DNA from: Candidatus Eiseniibacteriota bacterium
Lineage (GTDB): Bacteria; Eisenbacteria; RBG-16-71-46; CAIMUX01; VGJL01
Direction: 5' to 3'
Assembly (NCBI GenBank): GCA_041946735.1
Contig: JBHGAY010000002.1
Span: 102,368 to 166,367, forward strand
DNA length: 64,000 bases
In this document: piece by piece, positions 8,951-18,491 of the stretch
How positions within the stretch are numbered: the stretch's first letter is position 1
Layout: every line of letters starts with the position of its first letter
Notes under the pieces: generated by a model
Told to the model about the DNA's origin: nothing
Seen by the model: only the letters and a program-made list of their open reading frames with translations
Databases searched by the model: none
Translations under genes and position numbers: made by a program

Positions 8951-9876
8951 GTTTCCTCCGGGGACTCCGTCCCCTCGCTCGCGATCCCCTTCTTCTCGCG
9001 CGCTCCCCGCTTCTCGGCCTCGAGGAGCGCCGTGTACTTCATCCCGGCGTAGAGGGCGTCCATGACGGCGACGACGAGCCCCGTCCTGCCGTCACGGAAT
9101 CCTCCGCGGACCAGGTAGCCTTTCACGAAGCGCAGCGGCGGACGGAAGAGCAGATCGAGGGCCGTCGTTCTGCGGCCTTCCGCGCGCGCCTGTTCGGCCC
9201 ACAGCCGCGACCACTCGCCGATCTTCTCGAAGTGATGCGCGACGTCGCGATAGCTCTCGTGCCAAAGGATGCCGCGCAGGCGCGCGGTCGGGCCGTCCAC
9301 CCGCACCTGCTCGTGCACGGAACGGTCGTCGATGCGGGCGCGCTCGCGATCGAAAAGACGCAGCACCGAGTCGCTTCCCCAGTTTCCGTGACGGATCTCC
9401 CGGCCAAGATACCGGCTCCGCCGCCGCATCCAGAACCCCGCCTTCCCGCGCGGCTCGGCGGTGGCGGCCGCGCAGGCGGCGGCGAGGTCCGGATCGATCC
9501 GTTCGTCGGCATCGAGCCAGAGGATCCAGCGGTGACGCGCGCGCGCGATCGCGAAGCGCTTGGAGCCGGCGAACCCTTCCCACGGACGGACGATCACCTC
9601 GGTCGCGAGCGGCCGCGCAAGCTCGGCGGTGCGGTCGCGCGTCGTCTCGTCGACGACGACGATGCGCTCCGCCGCCCAGGCCGCGGAGCGGAGGCAGGCC
9701 TCGATCCGGTCCTCCTCGTCCTTCGCGACGACGACGACCGAGACCGGCGCGGGGCGCGCGGCGGAGGGATCGGGCGGCGCCGGCGTTGCCGGCGCCGTTG
9801 CCGGCGGCGCCGTTGCCGGTGCCGGCGGCCGCGGCCGCGGCCGCGGCGGCTCAGCGGCGTGCGCCACGGGGGCCAT
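8947..9876 (-). CDS. family 2 glycosyltransferase (LPS-core type)
   Basis: From the ATG at 9876 (MAPVAHAAEP...) the protein reads VSVVVVAKDEEDRIEACL...WLDADERIDPDL, a GT-A DxD fold. A Pro/Ala-rich N-terminal extension is present. Confidence 0.8.
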   Translation of the reverse strand: MAPVAHAAEPPRPRPRPPAPATAPPATAPATPAPPDPSAARPAPVSVVVVAKDEEDRIEACLRSAAWAAERIVVVDETTRDRTAELARPLATEVIVRPWEGFAGSKRFAIARARHRWILWLDADERIDPDLAAACAAATAEPRGKAGFWMRRRSRYLGREIRHGNWGSDSVLRLFDRERARIDDRSVHEQVRVDGPTARLRGILWHESYRDVAHHFEKIGEWSRLWAEQARAEGRRTTALDLLFRPPLRFVKGYLVRGGFRDGRTGLVVAVMDALYAGMKYTALLEAEKRGAREKKGIASEGTESPEET

Positions 9877-11044
9877 GCGACCTCCTCCTCTCCCGCTCCT
9901 CCGCGGCGGCCTCGACGATCTCGAGGGCGCGGCGCGACGTGCGCGCGATGTCGAAGCGCTCGCGAACCCGGCGGCGTCCCCGCTCGGCGAGCGAGCGAGC
10001 GCGCGCCGGCTCATCGAGGAGCGAGGCGATCGCGCCGGCCAGCGCGCCGGGATGCGCGGGCGGGACGAGCACACCCGCGTCGCCGACCGTCTCGGGAATC
10101 ACGTGAACCTCGGTCGCGACGAGCGGAACGCCGAGCGCCATGTACTCGAGCGCGGAGCGGCAGACCGCCTCGCTGCCGGTCGAGGCGATCACCGCGGCGT
10201 CGAGCCCCGCGGCGAGCGCGAGCGGATCGTCCACGGCCGGCAGGACGGCGAAGCGGTCCGCGATTCCCGCCTCTCGCGCCATCGTCTCCACCGCCTCCCG
10301 GCCGAGCTGCCCCTCCGGTCCTGCGCAGACGAACCGCAGCCTTTCGGCGAGCGCCCCGCGCGCCGGATCGAGCAACGACCGCGCCGCGGCGACGAGGTCG
10401 GCGTGCCCCTTGACCGGGCTGTAGCGCGCGAGCATCCCGGCCACGACGGCGCCCTCCGGCCACCCCCGCTCCTCGCGCAGGCGCCGGCGCGCGCACTCGC
10501 GATCGATCGTCCCACCGGTCTCCGGATCGATCCCCGCCGGGAGCACCTCGATCCGCTCCGCCGGGACGGCGAGACGCTCGAAATATCCGGGGATCATGAA
10601 GCGTCCGGACGGAAGGACGCGGTCGCTCCCCTCCACGTAGAGCCAGCGCGCCGCCGGGCCCGCGGCCGGCCGGCGTATGTCGGCGCGGAACCGGAGAAGC
10701 GGGCTCCTCGTCGCCCGCAGCGCGGCGGCGGCCGCGAAATGCCCGGAGCCGGTGTGCACGAAGACGGCAGCGAGGCGCCCCGACACGGCCGCTTCCCGGA
10801 GGTCGCGGAATGCGCGGAGCCACCGATCCGGGCGGCGCGACGCGAGATCCCGCCAGCGCGAGCCGTCCATTCCGGCGCTCGCCGCGCGGTCGGCGAGAGG
10901 GCTCGACGGAGGCGCGACGATGCGCGAGGCGAACCCATGGCGGCGCACCCCCTCGGCCAGGGAGAAGGCATGGTAGGCAAGGGCGCTCCACCATCGCACC
11001 CAGGCGAGATGCAAGACGTATCTCTCGGACTCCGGCTCTTCCAC
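9851..11044 (-). CDS. family 4 (GT1-type) glycosyltransferase
   Basis: The C-terminal domain reads ...SPVKGHADLV...EYMALGVPLVAT...AEAI... The N-terminus is YVLHLAWVRWW. The GTG at 11044 is a tentative start. It overlaps GT2 by 26 nt. Confidence 0.7.
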   Translation of the reverse strand: MEEPESERYVLHLAWVRWWSALAYHAFSLAEGVRRHGFASRIVAPPSSPLADRAASAGMDGSRWRDLASRRPDRWLRAFRDLREAAVSGRLAAVFVHTGSGHFAAAAALRATRSPLLRFRADIRRPAAGPAARWLYVEGSDRVLPSGRFMIPGYFERLAVPAERIEVLPAGIDPETGGTIDRECARRRLREERGWPEGAVVAGMLARYSPVKGHADLVAAARSLLDPARGALAERLRFVCAGPEGQLGREAVETMAREAGIADRFAVLPAVDDPLALAAGLDAAVIASTGSEAVCRSALEYMALGVPLVATEVHVIPETVGDAGVLVPPAHPGALAGAIASLLDEPARARSLAERGRRRVRERFDIARTSRRALEIVEAAAEERERRRSHGPRGARR

Positions 11045-11236
11045 TCGGACGGTGAGGCTAGCATGCGGGACGGAGGGCCTCAATCGGGGCGGCGACTCGA
11101 CCAGCGGCGCCGCCCTTCGCGACTCCGGCCCGCGCGGCCGGTTTCGCGTGGACTTCCCGTCGCCGGCGACCCTACAGTGGACCGCGATCCTGCCCGGCGT
11201 CCCGGGCGCTCGATGCTTGGCGATGAGGCTCTGCCG

Positions 11237-13264
11237 ATGCCGTTTCGAAGGACCGGATCCGTCTTCCTCCTGCTTCTCCTGCTGTGGGCCGCGACCGCCG
11301 CTTCCCCGGCATTTGGGCCGCCGGCTTCCGGGCCGCTCGCTTCCGAGCGGCTCGCCTCCGAGCGGCTCGCCTCGGTGCCGCTCCCGAAGGGACAGGCGTT
11401 CGTGGATCCGCCGGGAGGCGCGATCGGTCCGCTCCAGACGATCCGGATCGTTTCGCGATGGGACTCGGCGGGCTACGCGATCGCCCCCGACTTCTCGGAG
11501 CTGGAAGGCGGAGAAGCGGGCGACTTCGCCGTCGCGGACAGCGGCAACGGCTCCTACCTGATCGTGTATACGACCGGCCCGATGGCGGGGCTCTCGAGCG
11601 CCGCGGGCCTGACGATCCCGATCCAGGCGACGAACTCGATCCAGGGGAGCTTCACCGATCGCACCCTCCGCGCATGCCGCAATCTCGGCCGCCGGCCTGA
11701 GCACATCGCGACCGAGATCGTTCGCCCGCTCGAGGTCTACCATCCCGGCGACTCCCTCGTCGTCCGCACGCGCTGGCAGCAGGGCGACGCCTCGGGGATG
11801 ACCGTCACCGCGGATTACGCATCGCTCGCTAAGCCGGGCTCCGGCGTGCCGGCGCAGACCGTCGCGATCGTCGACACGCTCCTGCAGATCAAGGAGTACA
11901 CCTTCTCGTGGAAGATCCCGGGGGTCGGGCAGCTTCTCCAGGAGGGCAACGACCTGCCGCTCACCTTCGTCGGCCGCGATGCGCTGTGCAGCGAGGTGCG
12001 GGTCTCCCCGGTGACGATCGACCTCCGCCTGAGCGGCGCCCCCGCGCTCCTCTCGCACCGGGTCCTCGAGCCGGCCGGCCGCGGCGTTCGTGCCGGGGAC
12101 ACGCTGATCCTCTCCTGCGTCTGGGACCGGCCGGGCTACGACCTGCGGCCGGACTTCTCGGCGCTAGATGGCACGAGCGGCGACGGCAGCTTCGCGGTCG
12201 TCGACCTGGGAGGCGGCAGCTACGAGATCCGCCACACGGTCGCCCCGCTCGGCGATCTTCCCGACGCGCTCGTGCCGGTGCCGGTCACGGCGACCGATCC
12301 GTTCGGGGATCGTTTCACCGACAACTCGATCTCGATCAGCCGCAACCGGTCCACGCCGGGGCCGGTGCATCTGGGAACCGACACGCGGCGCTCGCGCCGC
12401 GTCTACAAGGGCAACGACTCGCTCGTCGTCGTCAGCCGCTGGACGCACCCGGCCGGCCTCGGCATCCAGATGCGCCCGCTGTTCACCGGGCTCGTTCCCA
12501 CGTTCGCCGACACCGAGGCGGTCGTGACGCGGCGCGGCGTCCCTTCCTCGGTCGACACCTTCTTCGTCGCCTACCGGCTCCCGCAGAAGGAATCGGGGCT
12601 CCTCGCTCCCGACGGAGAGCGGATCCGCATCGGCGTCGTCGCTCGCGACTCGCTCTGGACCGAGGTCGTCTACGACTCGATCCTCGTCGATCTCGACACG
12701 AAGGCGCCGCCGGCCTCGCCCACGCTCGACCCTTTGCCGGCGAGCACCGACGTAAGTCATATCCTGGTGACCGGCATCGCGCCGGAGGCCTACGCCGTCG
12801 CCTTCATCCGCAACGACGTGCTGCGCTTCCGCTCGCCGGTCGACAGCTTGACCGGACGGTTCGAGGCGGAGATGGATCTCGTTCCCGGCTCGAACAAGAT
12901 CACCGCTTGGGGGGAGGACTTCGCCGGCAACAAGACCCCGCTCGGGAACAACGTCTTCACGAACTACATCACCGGCAGGGTCACGAGCTACCCGACGCCG
13001 TTCCGCCCGGAGGACGAGATCTCCGTCGGCGATCCGGAGGGAATGCAAGAGGCGCTTGTGCAGATCTACAACCTGGAAGGGGACGTCGTTCGCGAGTTCC
13101 GCCAGGAGGGAGGAAGCTTCTTCGAGGCTCGTTTCGAATGGGACGGGAAGGACGTCGACGGGAGGATGGCGCAGCCGGGCTACTACCTGGTTCGCATCCA
13201 CCGGACGTCCACGAGCGGGAAGACGCGCAACGAGGTGAGCTCGATGCTCTTCCGGACCAACTGA
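11237..13264 (+). CDS. secreted Ig-like repeat surface protein with a T9SS-type C-terminal sorting domain
   Basis: Signal peptide MPFRRTGSVFLLLLLLWAATAASPA, then (LASER)x3. Three internal ~90-aa repeats (IRIVSRWDSAGYAIAPDFS..., TLILSCVWDRPGYDLRPDFS...). The C-terminus is ...EARFEWDGKDVDGRMAQPGYYLVRIHR...LFRTN. The upstream part of ORF 9560.. is antisense junk. Confidence 0.75.
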   Translation: MPFRRTGSVFLLLLLLWAATAASPAFGPPASGPLASERLASERLASVPLPKGQAFVDPPGGAIGPLQTIRIVSRWDSAGYAIAPDFSELEGGEAGDFAVADSGNGSYLIVYTTGPMAGLSSAAGLTIPIQATNSIQGSFTDRTLRACRNLGRRPEHIATEIVRPLEVYHPGDSLVVRTRWQQGDASGMTVTADYASLAKPGSGVPAQTVAIVDTLLQIKEYTFSWKIPGVGQLLQEGNDLPLTFVGRDALCSEVRVSPVTIDLRLSGAPALLSHRVLEPAGRGVRAGDTLILSCVWDRPGYDLRPDFSALDGTSGDGSFAVVDLGGGSYEIRHTVAPLGDLPDALVPVPVTATDPFGDRFTDNSISISRNRSTPGPVHLGTDTRRSRRVYKGNDSLVVVSRWTHPAGLGIQMRPLFTGLVPTFADTEAVVTRRGVPSSVDTFFVAYRLPQKESGLLAPDGERIRIGVVARDSLWTEVVYDSILVDLDTKAPPASPTLDPLPASTDVSHILVTGIAPEAYAVAFIRNDVLRFRSPVDSLTGRFEAEMDLVPGSNKITAWGEDFAGNKTPLGNNVFTNYITGRVTSYPTPFRPEDEISVGDPEGMQEALVQIYNLEGDVVREFRQEGGSFFEARFEWDGKDVDGRMAQPGYYLVRIHRTSTSGKTRNEVSSMLFRTN

Positions 13265-13294
13265 GCGCTGGATGAAGGACGGGACGGAGCAAGG

Positions 13295-14314
13295 ATGATC
13301 GATCGCCGCGACCCGGCAGCCGCCCGCGGGCAGGCGCCCACGATCTCGACCTCCCTCTCTCGCCGCGTGCGCGGCCCGCTGTCGCTCGCTCTTCTCGCGG
13401 CCTCGCTCGTCGCGATTCTCGCCTGCGCGGCGCCCGCGCGCGCGCAGGTGGCCGGAGCGTTCCCGCATCTCGAGCCGTGGCCGGCCGCCCTCGCCCTCGG
13501 AGGCGCCGAGGAGGGGCTCGGGCGCGGAACGGAGGCGACGCTCGAGAATCCCGCCGGGATGCTGGCCGTCCCGGGCAAAGGTTTCGCCTTCTCGCACGCC
13601 TCGCTGTTCGAGGGCGGGCTCGTGCACCACCAGGCGGCGGCGATCTCCTGGGCGCGTTCGGCGAAGCGGATGCGCTGGCAAGGCTCGAACATCGTCACGG
13701 AGGCCGGCGAGGTGCGATCGGCGTGGGGCCTCGCGTTGACGAACCTCTCCGGCGATCTCCCGGGGAGCGACACCTACGGCGAGCTGCAAGTCGGCGTCGC
13801 CTACGCGCGCCGCCTTCCGCTCGCGATCGACGGCGGAATTCGCGTCCGCTTCCTGCAGGCGCGGAGCACCGTCGACGGCTCCGATGGAGGGGGCTACGCG
13901 CTCGACCTCGGCCTGTCCGGCGAGATCGCCGGCTTCCGCCTCGGAGGCGTCGCGCGCTCCTTCTTCTCCGACACGCGTTGGGACCGCTCGCTGGACGAGC
14001 CGCTCCCGGCCGGCTTCGACCTCGCGCTCGAGCGCCCGCTCGCCGGCGGCGTCTCGTCCCGCTTCGGCGCGACGATCCGCGAGAACGGGGAGCCGCAGCG
14101 GGTGACCGGCGGGGCGTCGTGGGACGTCCCGGGAATGCCGCTCGCCCTGCTCGGGGCCGCCTCGCTGCGCGATACGCGCGCCGAGAACCGCGTGGAGCCG
14201 TCGGCCGGCGCCACGTTCCGCGTCGGGATCTTCGCCGCCGCCTACGCGGTCCGCTTCGGTCCGGCCGGACTCGGCGAAATCCATCGCTTCAGCCTCCGCG
14301 TCGCAGTTCCCTGA
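13295..14314 (+). CDS. outer-membrane β-barrel, PorV/PorQ/PorP-like T9SS-associated family (putative)
   Basis: A signal peptide ends ...APARA|QVAG. The N-terminal motif is LALGGAEEGLGRGTEATLENPAGMLAVPG (GGA..G.G..A...NPAGL-type). Alternating β-strand pattern; C-terminal ...SLRVAVP. It sits 30 nt after the cargo gene. Confidence 0.6.
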   Translation: MIDRRDPAAARGQAPTISTSLSRRVRGPLSLALLAASLVAILACAAPARAQVAGAFPHLEPWPAALALGGAEEGLGRGTEATLENPAGMLAVPGKGFAFSHASLFEGGLVHHQAAAISWARSAKRMRWQGSNIVTEAGEVRSAWGLALTNLSGDLPGSDTYGELQVGVAYARRLPLAIDGGIRVRFLQARSTVDGSDGGGYALDLGLSGEIAGFRLGGVARSFFSDTRWDRSLDEPLPAGFDLALERPLAGGVSSRFGATIRENGEPQRVTGGASWDVPGMPLALLGAASLRDTRAENRVEPSAGATFRVGIFAAAYAVRFGPAGLGEIHRFSLRVAVP

Positions 14315-14316
14315 TC

Positions 14317-14400
14317 GCTCGGCCGGAGAGCTCGGCTGGAGAGCTCGGCTGGAGAGCTCGGCCGGAGCGCTCGGCCGGAGCGCTCGGCCGGAGCGCGGCG
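14317..14400. repeat. tandem 13-nt repeat (gctcggcYggagM) x6
   Basis: The sequence reads gctcggccggagag ctcggctggagag ctcggctggagag ctcggccggagcg ctcggccggagcg ctcggccggagcg. It starts immediately after the stop at 14312-14314. Confidence 0.8.
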
Positions 14401-14622
14401 GGCCTCGGCCGCTCGGAGGCCGCAGGCCGGCGACGCCGGCCGTTCGGCGTTGGCGGGGCGGCGCAATCCGGAAGCCGCGAGCCGGCGGAGTCGATCGATT
14501 GCCCCGCCGGAAGCGTGGTGATAGTGTGAGGACCCTTGCGGCCGACGAGCGGGCGTCTCGGGGTTCCGATTGCCCGTCGGCTCTGAACCGTTCACCCTAC
14601 CTCCCTCGGAGAAAACGCCCTG

Positions 14623-16584
14623 ATGGATGCGACGTATCGGATTTCGATCCCCGTTCTCTATGGCATCGAGAACTGGGGCAGCGGTTACTTCGACGTCAAC
14701 GCGGCCGGCCACCTGATGGTGAAGCCGTTCCGCTCGGGCCCCGGCGTCGACCTCTTCCAGGTCGTCGAGGAGCTGCGCAAACGCCGCTGTCCGACGCCCG
14801 TCCTGCTGCGCTTCCCTCAGGTGCTGGAGACGCAGATCCGTCATCTCCACCAGGCGTTCCAGAGCGCGATCACCGAGTTCCAGTACGGAGCCCGCTACCA
14901 GGGCGTGTTCCCGATGAAGGTCAACCACCGGCGAGACGTCGTGGAGGAGCTTCTTCGCGTCGGCAGCCGCTATGACTTCGGCATCGAGGTCGGCTCGAAG
15001 GCGGAGCTGTACATCGCCCTTTCGATCCCCCAGCCGGAGGACAGCCTGCTGATCTGCAACGGCTTCAAGGACGACTCGTTCATCGAGATGGCGTTCTGGG
15101 GACTGAAGACCGGCAAGCGCGTCGTGATCGTGATCGAGCAGGTGCGTGAGATGTACGCCATCTTGAAGCGGATCGAGGAGACCGGGCTGGTCCCGACGCT
15201 CGGCCTGCGCGGGCGCCTCTACACGCGGGGCAGCGGCAAGTGGGAGGAGTCGGGAGGAGAGACGTCGAAGTTCGGGCTCTCGACCGTCGAGATGATCGAC
15301 TGCCTGCGGATCCTCCAGGGGCGGGGACTCGAAGGGGCCCTCAAGATGCTCCACTTCCACATCGGCAGCCAGATCACCGACATCCGGAGGATCAAGGCGG
15401 CGGTGAAGGAGGCGAGCCGCGTCTACTCGAAGATCCGGAAGATGAAGGTCCCGGTCGAGTACCTGAACGTCGGAGGCGGCCTCGGGGTCGACTACGACGG
15501 GTCGAAGACGCCCTCCGACTCGAGCGCGAACTACACGGTGCAGGAGTTCGCGAACGACGTCGTCTACACGATCCGCGAGATCTGCGACGCGGAGGACGTG
15601 CCGGTGCCGACGATCGTCTCGGAGAGCGGGCGCGCGGTCACGGTCTATCACTCGATGCTGATCGTTTCCGCCGAGAACCGCTCGGACGCGAGCACGCTCA
15701 CGCGCAACGAGATGATCAGCGCCGAGTCGGACAACCAGGTTTTGCGTGAGCTGTTCGAAATCGCCCGCGACATCAGCGTGAAGAACTTCCGCGAGTACTA
15801 CCACGACGCGCTGCAGCAGCGGGAGGAGCTGTTCACCCTCTTCGATCTCGGCTACATCGACCTGCTCGAGCGCGGGCGCGGCGAGGCTCTCTTCGAGGAG
15901 ATCTGCACACGCGCGCTACGCTTCGCGAAGCAAACGAACTACGTGAGCGACGAGTTCGACCTGCTCGAGAAGGCGCTCCGGAAGAAGTACGTCGCCAACT
16001 TCTCCGTCTTCCAGTCGGTCCCCGACTCGTGGAGCATCGGGCAGCTCTTTCCGGTCCTCCCGATCCACCGCCTGAACGAGTTCCCGACCGAGAACGGCAT
16101 CCTGGTCGACCTCACCTGCGATTCCGACGGACAGATCGACAGTTTCGTCGACGTGAAGGACATCAAGGAGATCCTGGAGCTGCACCCGACGGTCAACGGC
16201 GGCCCGTACTACATCGCGATCACGCTTCTCGGCGCCTATCAGGACGTGATGGGGGACTTCCACAACCTGTTCGGATCGGTCAACGAGGCGCACGTCGTCG
16301 TCGACGAAAACGGGCGCCATCACATCAGGAAGATCCTTCGGGGGAACTCGATCGAGGAGATGGCGCGGATCGCGGGCTTCGAGATCGAGGATCTGCAGAA
16401 GGAGTTCTCGTTCCGGATCGCGACCGGCGTGCGTCAGGGCCGCATGAGCGAAGCCGAGGGGGCGAGCCTGCTCGAGGCCTACCGGACGCGCGCCAGGGAA
16501 TCGACCTATCTGAGCCCGTATCCACCAGCGGCCGAACAGCCGGCGGCCCCTTCGAACGGGAACTTCCGGCAGGCTGAGGCGTAG
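14623..16584 (+). CDS. speA: biosynthetic arginine decarboxylase
   Basis: A 653-aa ORF reading MDATYRISIPVLYGIENWGSGYFDVNAAGHLMVKPF...FPMKVNHRRDVVEEL...HFHIGSQI, a full-length SpeA-family match. Confidence 0.9.
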   Translation: MDATYRISIPVLYGIENWGSGYFDVNAAGHLMVKPFRSGPGVDLFQVVEELRKRRCPTPVLLRFPQVLETQIRHLHQAFQSAITEFQYGARYQGVFPMKVNHRRDVVEELLRVGSRYDFGIEVGSKAELYIALSIPQPEDSLLICNGFKDDSFIEMAFWGLKTGKRVVIVIEQVREMYAILKRIEETGLVPTLGLRGRLYTRGSGKWEESGGETSKFGLSTVEMIDCLRILQGRGLEGALKMLHFHIGSQITDIRRIKAAVKEASRVYSKIRKMKVPVEYLNVGGGLGVDYDGSKTPSDSSANYTVQEFANDVVYTIREICDAEDVPVPTIVSESGRAVTVYHSMLIVSAENRSDASTLTRNEMISAESDNQVLRELFEIARDISVKNFREYYHDALQQREELFTLFDLGYIDLLERGRGEALFEEICTRALRFAKQTNYVSDEFDLLEKALRKKYVANFSVFQSVPDSWSIGQLFPVLPIHRLNEFPTENGILVDLTCDSDGQIDSFVDVKDIKEILELHPTVNGGPYYIAITLLGAYQDVMGDFHNLFGSVNEAHVVVDENGRHHIRKILRGNSIEEMARIAGFEIEDLQKEFSFRIATGVRQGRMSEAEGASLLEAYRTRARESTYLSPYPPAAEQPAAPSNGNFRQAEA

Positions 16585-16632
16585 AGGGAGCGTATCGACC
16601 TCTCGCTGCAGGGGCGGGGCGCTGCTTCCACC

Positions 16633-16655
16633 AGAGCGGCGCCCCGCTCTTTTCG
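16633..16655 (+). terminator. intrinsic terminator of speA
   Basis: A hairpin (agagcgg-cgcc-ccgctct) is followed by TTTT, 49 nt after the speA stop. It is embedded in a longer GC stem (gcggggcgc...gcgccccgc). Confidence 0.6.
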
Positions 16656-16678
16656 TCTCCGGCCTGAGTCAGACCTGG

Positions 16679-17083
16679 TCAGAGGATCTGGCGCTCCGCC
16701 CAGCGGCCGAGATACGGGATCCGGTACCAGCGTCCCTGATGGGCTTGCCAGAGCAGGTAGATCCAGAGGACGAACAATCCCACCCGGAAGACGTAGAGGA
16801 GAGTCCCGTAGAGGAATCCCACGAACGGGAAGAAGGTGAGCAGCCACAGCGCGAACCAGACGAGGATCGCGACCGCCGTGGCGGCGATCGACTGGAGGCA
16901 GTGGAACTGCACGAACCGGTCCTCGCGCTTCCAGACGAGAAGGACCACGCCCGAAAATCCGGCGAGGGCATAGGCGAGCGCTGCATGCAGCCGCGAGGAG
17001 GGCAGCAGATCGAGCGAGGCGCCTCGCCCGCGCTCCCCCCCTTCCAGAACGTTCAGAGGATCCGCTCCCCGATCCGGTCCCAT
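16679..17083 (-). CDS. small integral membrane protein (DUF4870-like)
   Basis: The motif WKREDRFVQFHCLQSIA (matching ..DPFVRFHAKQAL..) is present, with 3-4 TM helices and the C-terminus WIYLLWQAHQGRWYRIPYLG. It overlaps the lepB 3' end by 31 nt. Confidence 0.6.
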   Translation of the reverse strand: MGPDRGADPLNVLEGGERGRGASLDLLPSSRLHAALAYALAGFSGVVLLVWKREDRFVQFHCLQSIAATAVAILVWFALWLLTFFPFVGFLYGTLLYVFRVGLFVLWIYLLWQAHQGRWYRIPYLGRWAERQIL

Positions 17084-17754
17084 CGTATCCGCCTCCAGAC
17101 CGACTTGGCGTCGTTCGGCTCGAGCGACCAGTAGACCGCCATCGCCTTCCCTATCACGAGGCGGCGGTCGAGGAAACCCCAGACGCGCGAGTCGGAGCTG
17201 TTGTCGCGGTTGTCCCCGAGCATGAACAGGTGGTTCGCGGGGACCCGCACCGGACCGTAGTCGTCGAACGCCGCGGCGTGGCGCGCCGGGTCGATCTTAC
17301 CCCCCGGCGGCAGGCTCACCCGCTTCCCGTCCACGTAGAGGACCTTGTCGCGGATCGTCACCATCTGCCCGCCCACCGCTACGCAGCGCTTGATGAAGGT
17401 GGCTCCGTCCTCGTTCGGCGAGCGGAAGATCAGAATCTCGCCCGCGCGCGGCTCGCGAAGCGCCGGAGTACGGAGCCCGATCAGCGGCAACCGCGTGCCG
17501 TAGAGGAACTTGTTCGCGACGACGCGATCCCCGGGAAGGATCGTCTCCTCCATCGAGCCCGATGGGATCTTGAACGCCTCGACGACCGAGACGCGGATGA
17601 GCAGCGCCAAACCGACGGCCAGCAGGACGGTCCGGACGTACGGGAGGGCGAGGTGGTTCGCGGAGCGCCGGATCGGACGGGGGAGGAGGTTAGGATCCGA
17701 AGCAGGGTCTTCAGCTGGGAACGAAGCGGGAAAGAGTGGTGAACGACTCGACAT
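17053..17754 (-). CDS. lepB: signal peptidase I
   Basis: The catalytic Ser box is IPSGSMEETILPGDRVV, Lys is in FIKRCVAVGG, and the GDNRDNSSDSR box is present. Confidence 0.9.
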   Translation of the reverse strand: MSSRSPLFPASFPAEDPASDPNLLPRPIRRSANHLALPYVRTVLLAVGLALLIRVSVVEAFKIPSGSMEETILPGDRVVANKFLYGTRLPLIGLRTPALREPRAGEILIFRSPNEDGATFIKRCVAVGGQMVTIRDKVLYVDGKRVSLPPGGKIDPARHAAAFDDYGPVRVPANHLFMLGDNRDNSSDSRVWGFLDRRLVIGKAMAVYWSLEPNDAKSVWRRIRWDRIGERIL

Positions 17755-18393
17755 GACACCAAGTTAGCATGAACCGGACGAAGCAAGGGGGAGATCGTTC
17801 GGGACTGCTGCGCCGGCCACGGGGCGAACAGGAAGAGAGCCGCCGGAATCACTCCAGCGACTCTCTTCGGAGGTTCGGCCGCTTGCCCCAGGTTCGGTCT
17901 CCGGAACCCATCTAGCCACGCCGTGGGTCAACGATGAATTCCGGCGACCGAAGCATCTGCAGGTTCGCAGCCAGAATCGGGGATCGGGGGCCCGCCGGTC
18001 ACGGAAGCAACCTTCGGTTCCGGCATTCGCCGGCATCCGGATTGCGCTTCTGCCGGGGTTGGGAAACAGTCCGTACCCAGCGAGCGTCCCGATCTGCCGC
18101 TCCTATGAGCAGCCGGCATGCCAGAACGGGTTGAACTCCCCGAAGGTTGTTAACTCTATTGCGGATCAAGAGGATAGGAGGTCGTCGCCGCCGCTCGAGC
18201 GCGCGAAGGTCGAGGAGGGCTCGCGATGTCGGAGGCTGGCGCGGTTCCCGGCGGGCGACGCCGCGCGCCCTCCGCCTGTAAACGGTTGTCCTGACAAGGC
18301 TTGGTGGTGGTTCCACCGGTACCACCACTTCGGCACCGGTGGTCGCAACTTCACTCACTCCCTTTCAGGAAAGAGGAACGCGATTCGCGTGGC

Positions 18394-18423
18394 GCAAAGA
18401 AAAGCCCCCGGACGACCGGGGGC
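18394..18423 (-). terminator. intrinsic terminator of the barrel/lipoprotein operon
   Basis: A perfect hairpin (gcccccgg-acga-ccgggggc, 18404-18423) is followed on the minus strand by UUUUCUUUG (the plus-strand A-tract at 18394-18403). Confidence 0.65.
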
Positions 18424-18491
18424 TCGTTCGAGCGCGGATTGCCGGACCCGCGGGCGTCGCGAGCGGACCCGCGGCGACCCGGCGGCGCCTG

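Noticed and set aside
9560-11236. The N-terminal 559 codons of the 1234-aa plus-strand ORF
   Set aside because: They are antisense to the GT2 and GT4 genes. The real protein starts at the ATG at 11237 with a signal peptide.
18061-18082. RNase P RNA-like motif (GGGAAACAGTCCG)
   Set aside because: Only one short resemblance to the GUAACAGUCCG region. The other conserved RNase P blocks (GGAAAGUCCGG, AGGGCAGG, ACAGAACCCGGCUUA) are absent from the surrounding sequence on either strand.
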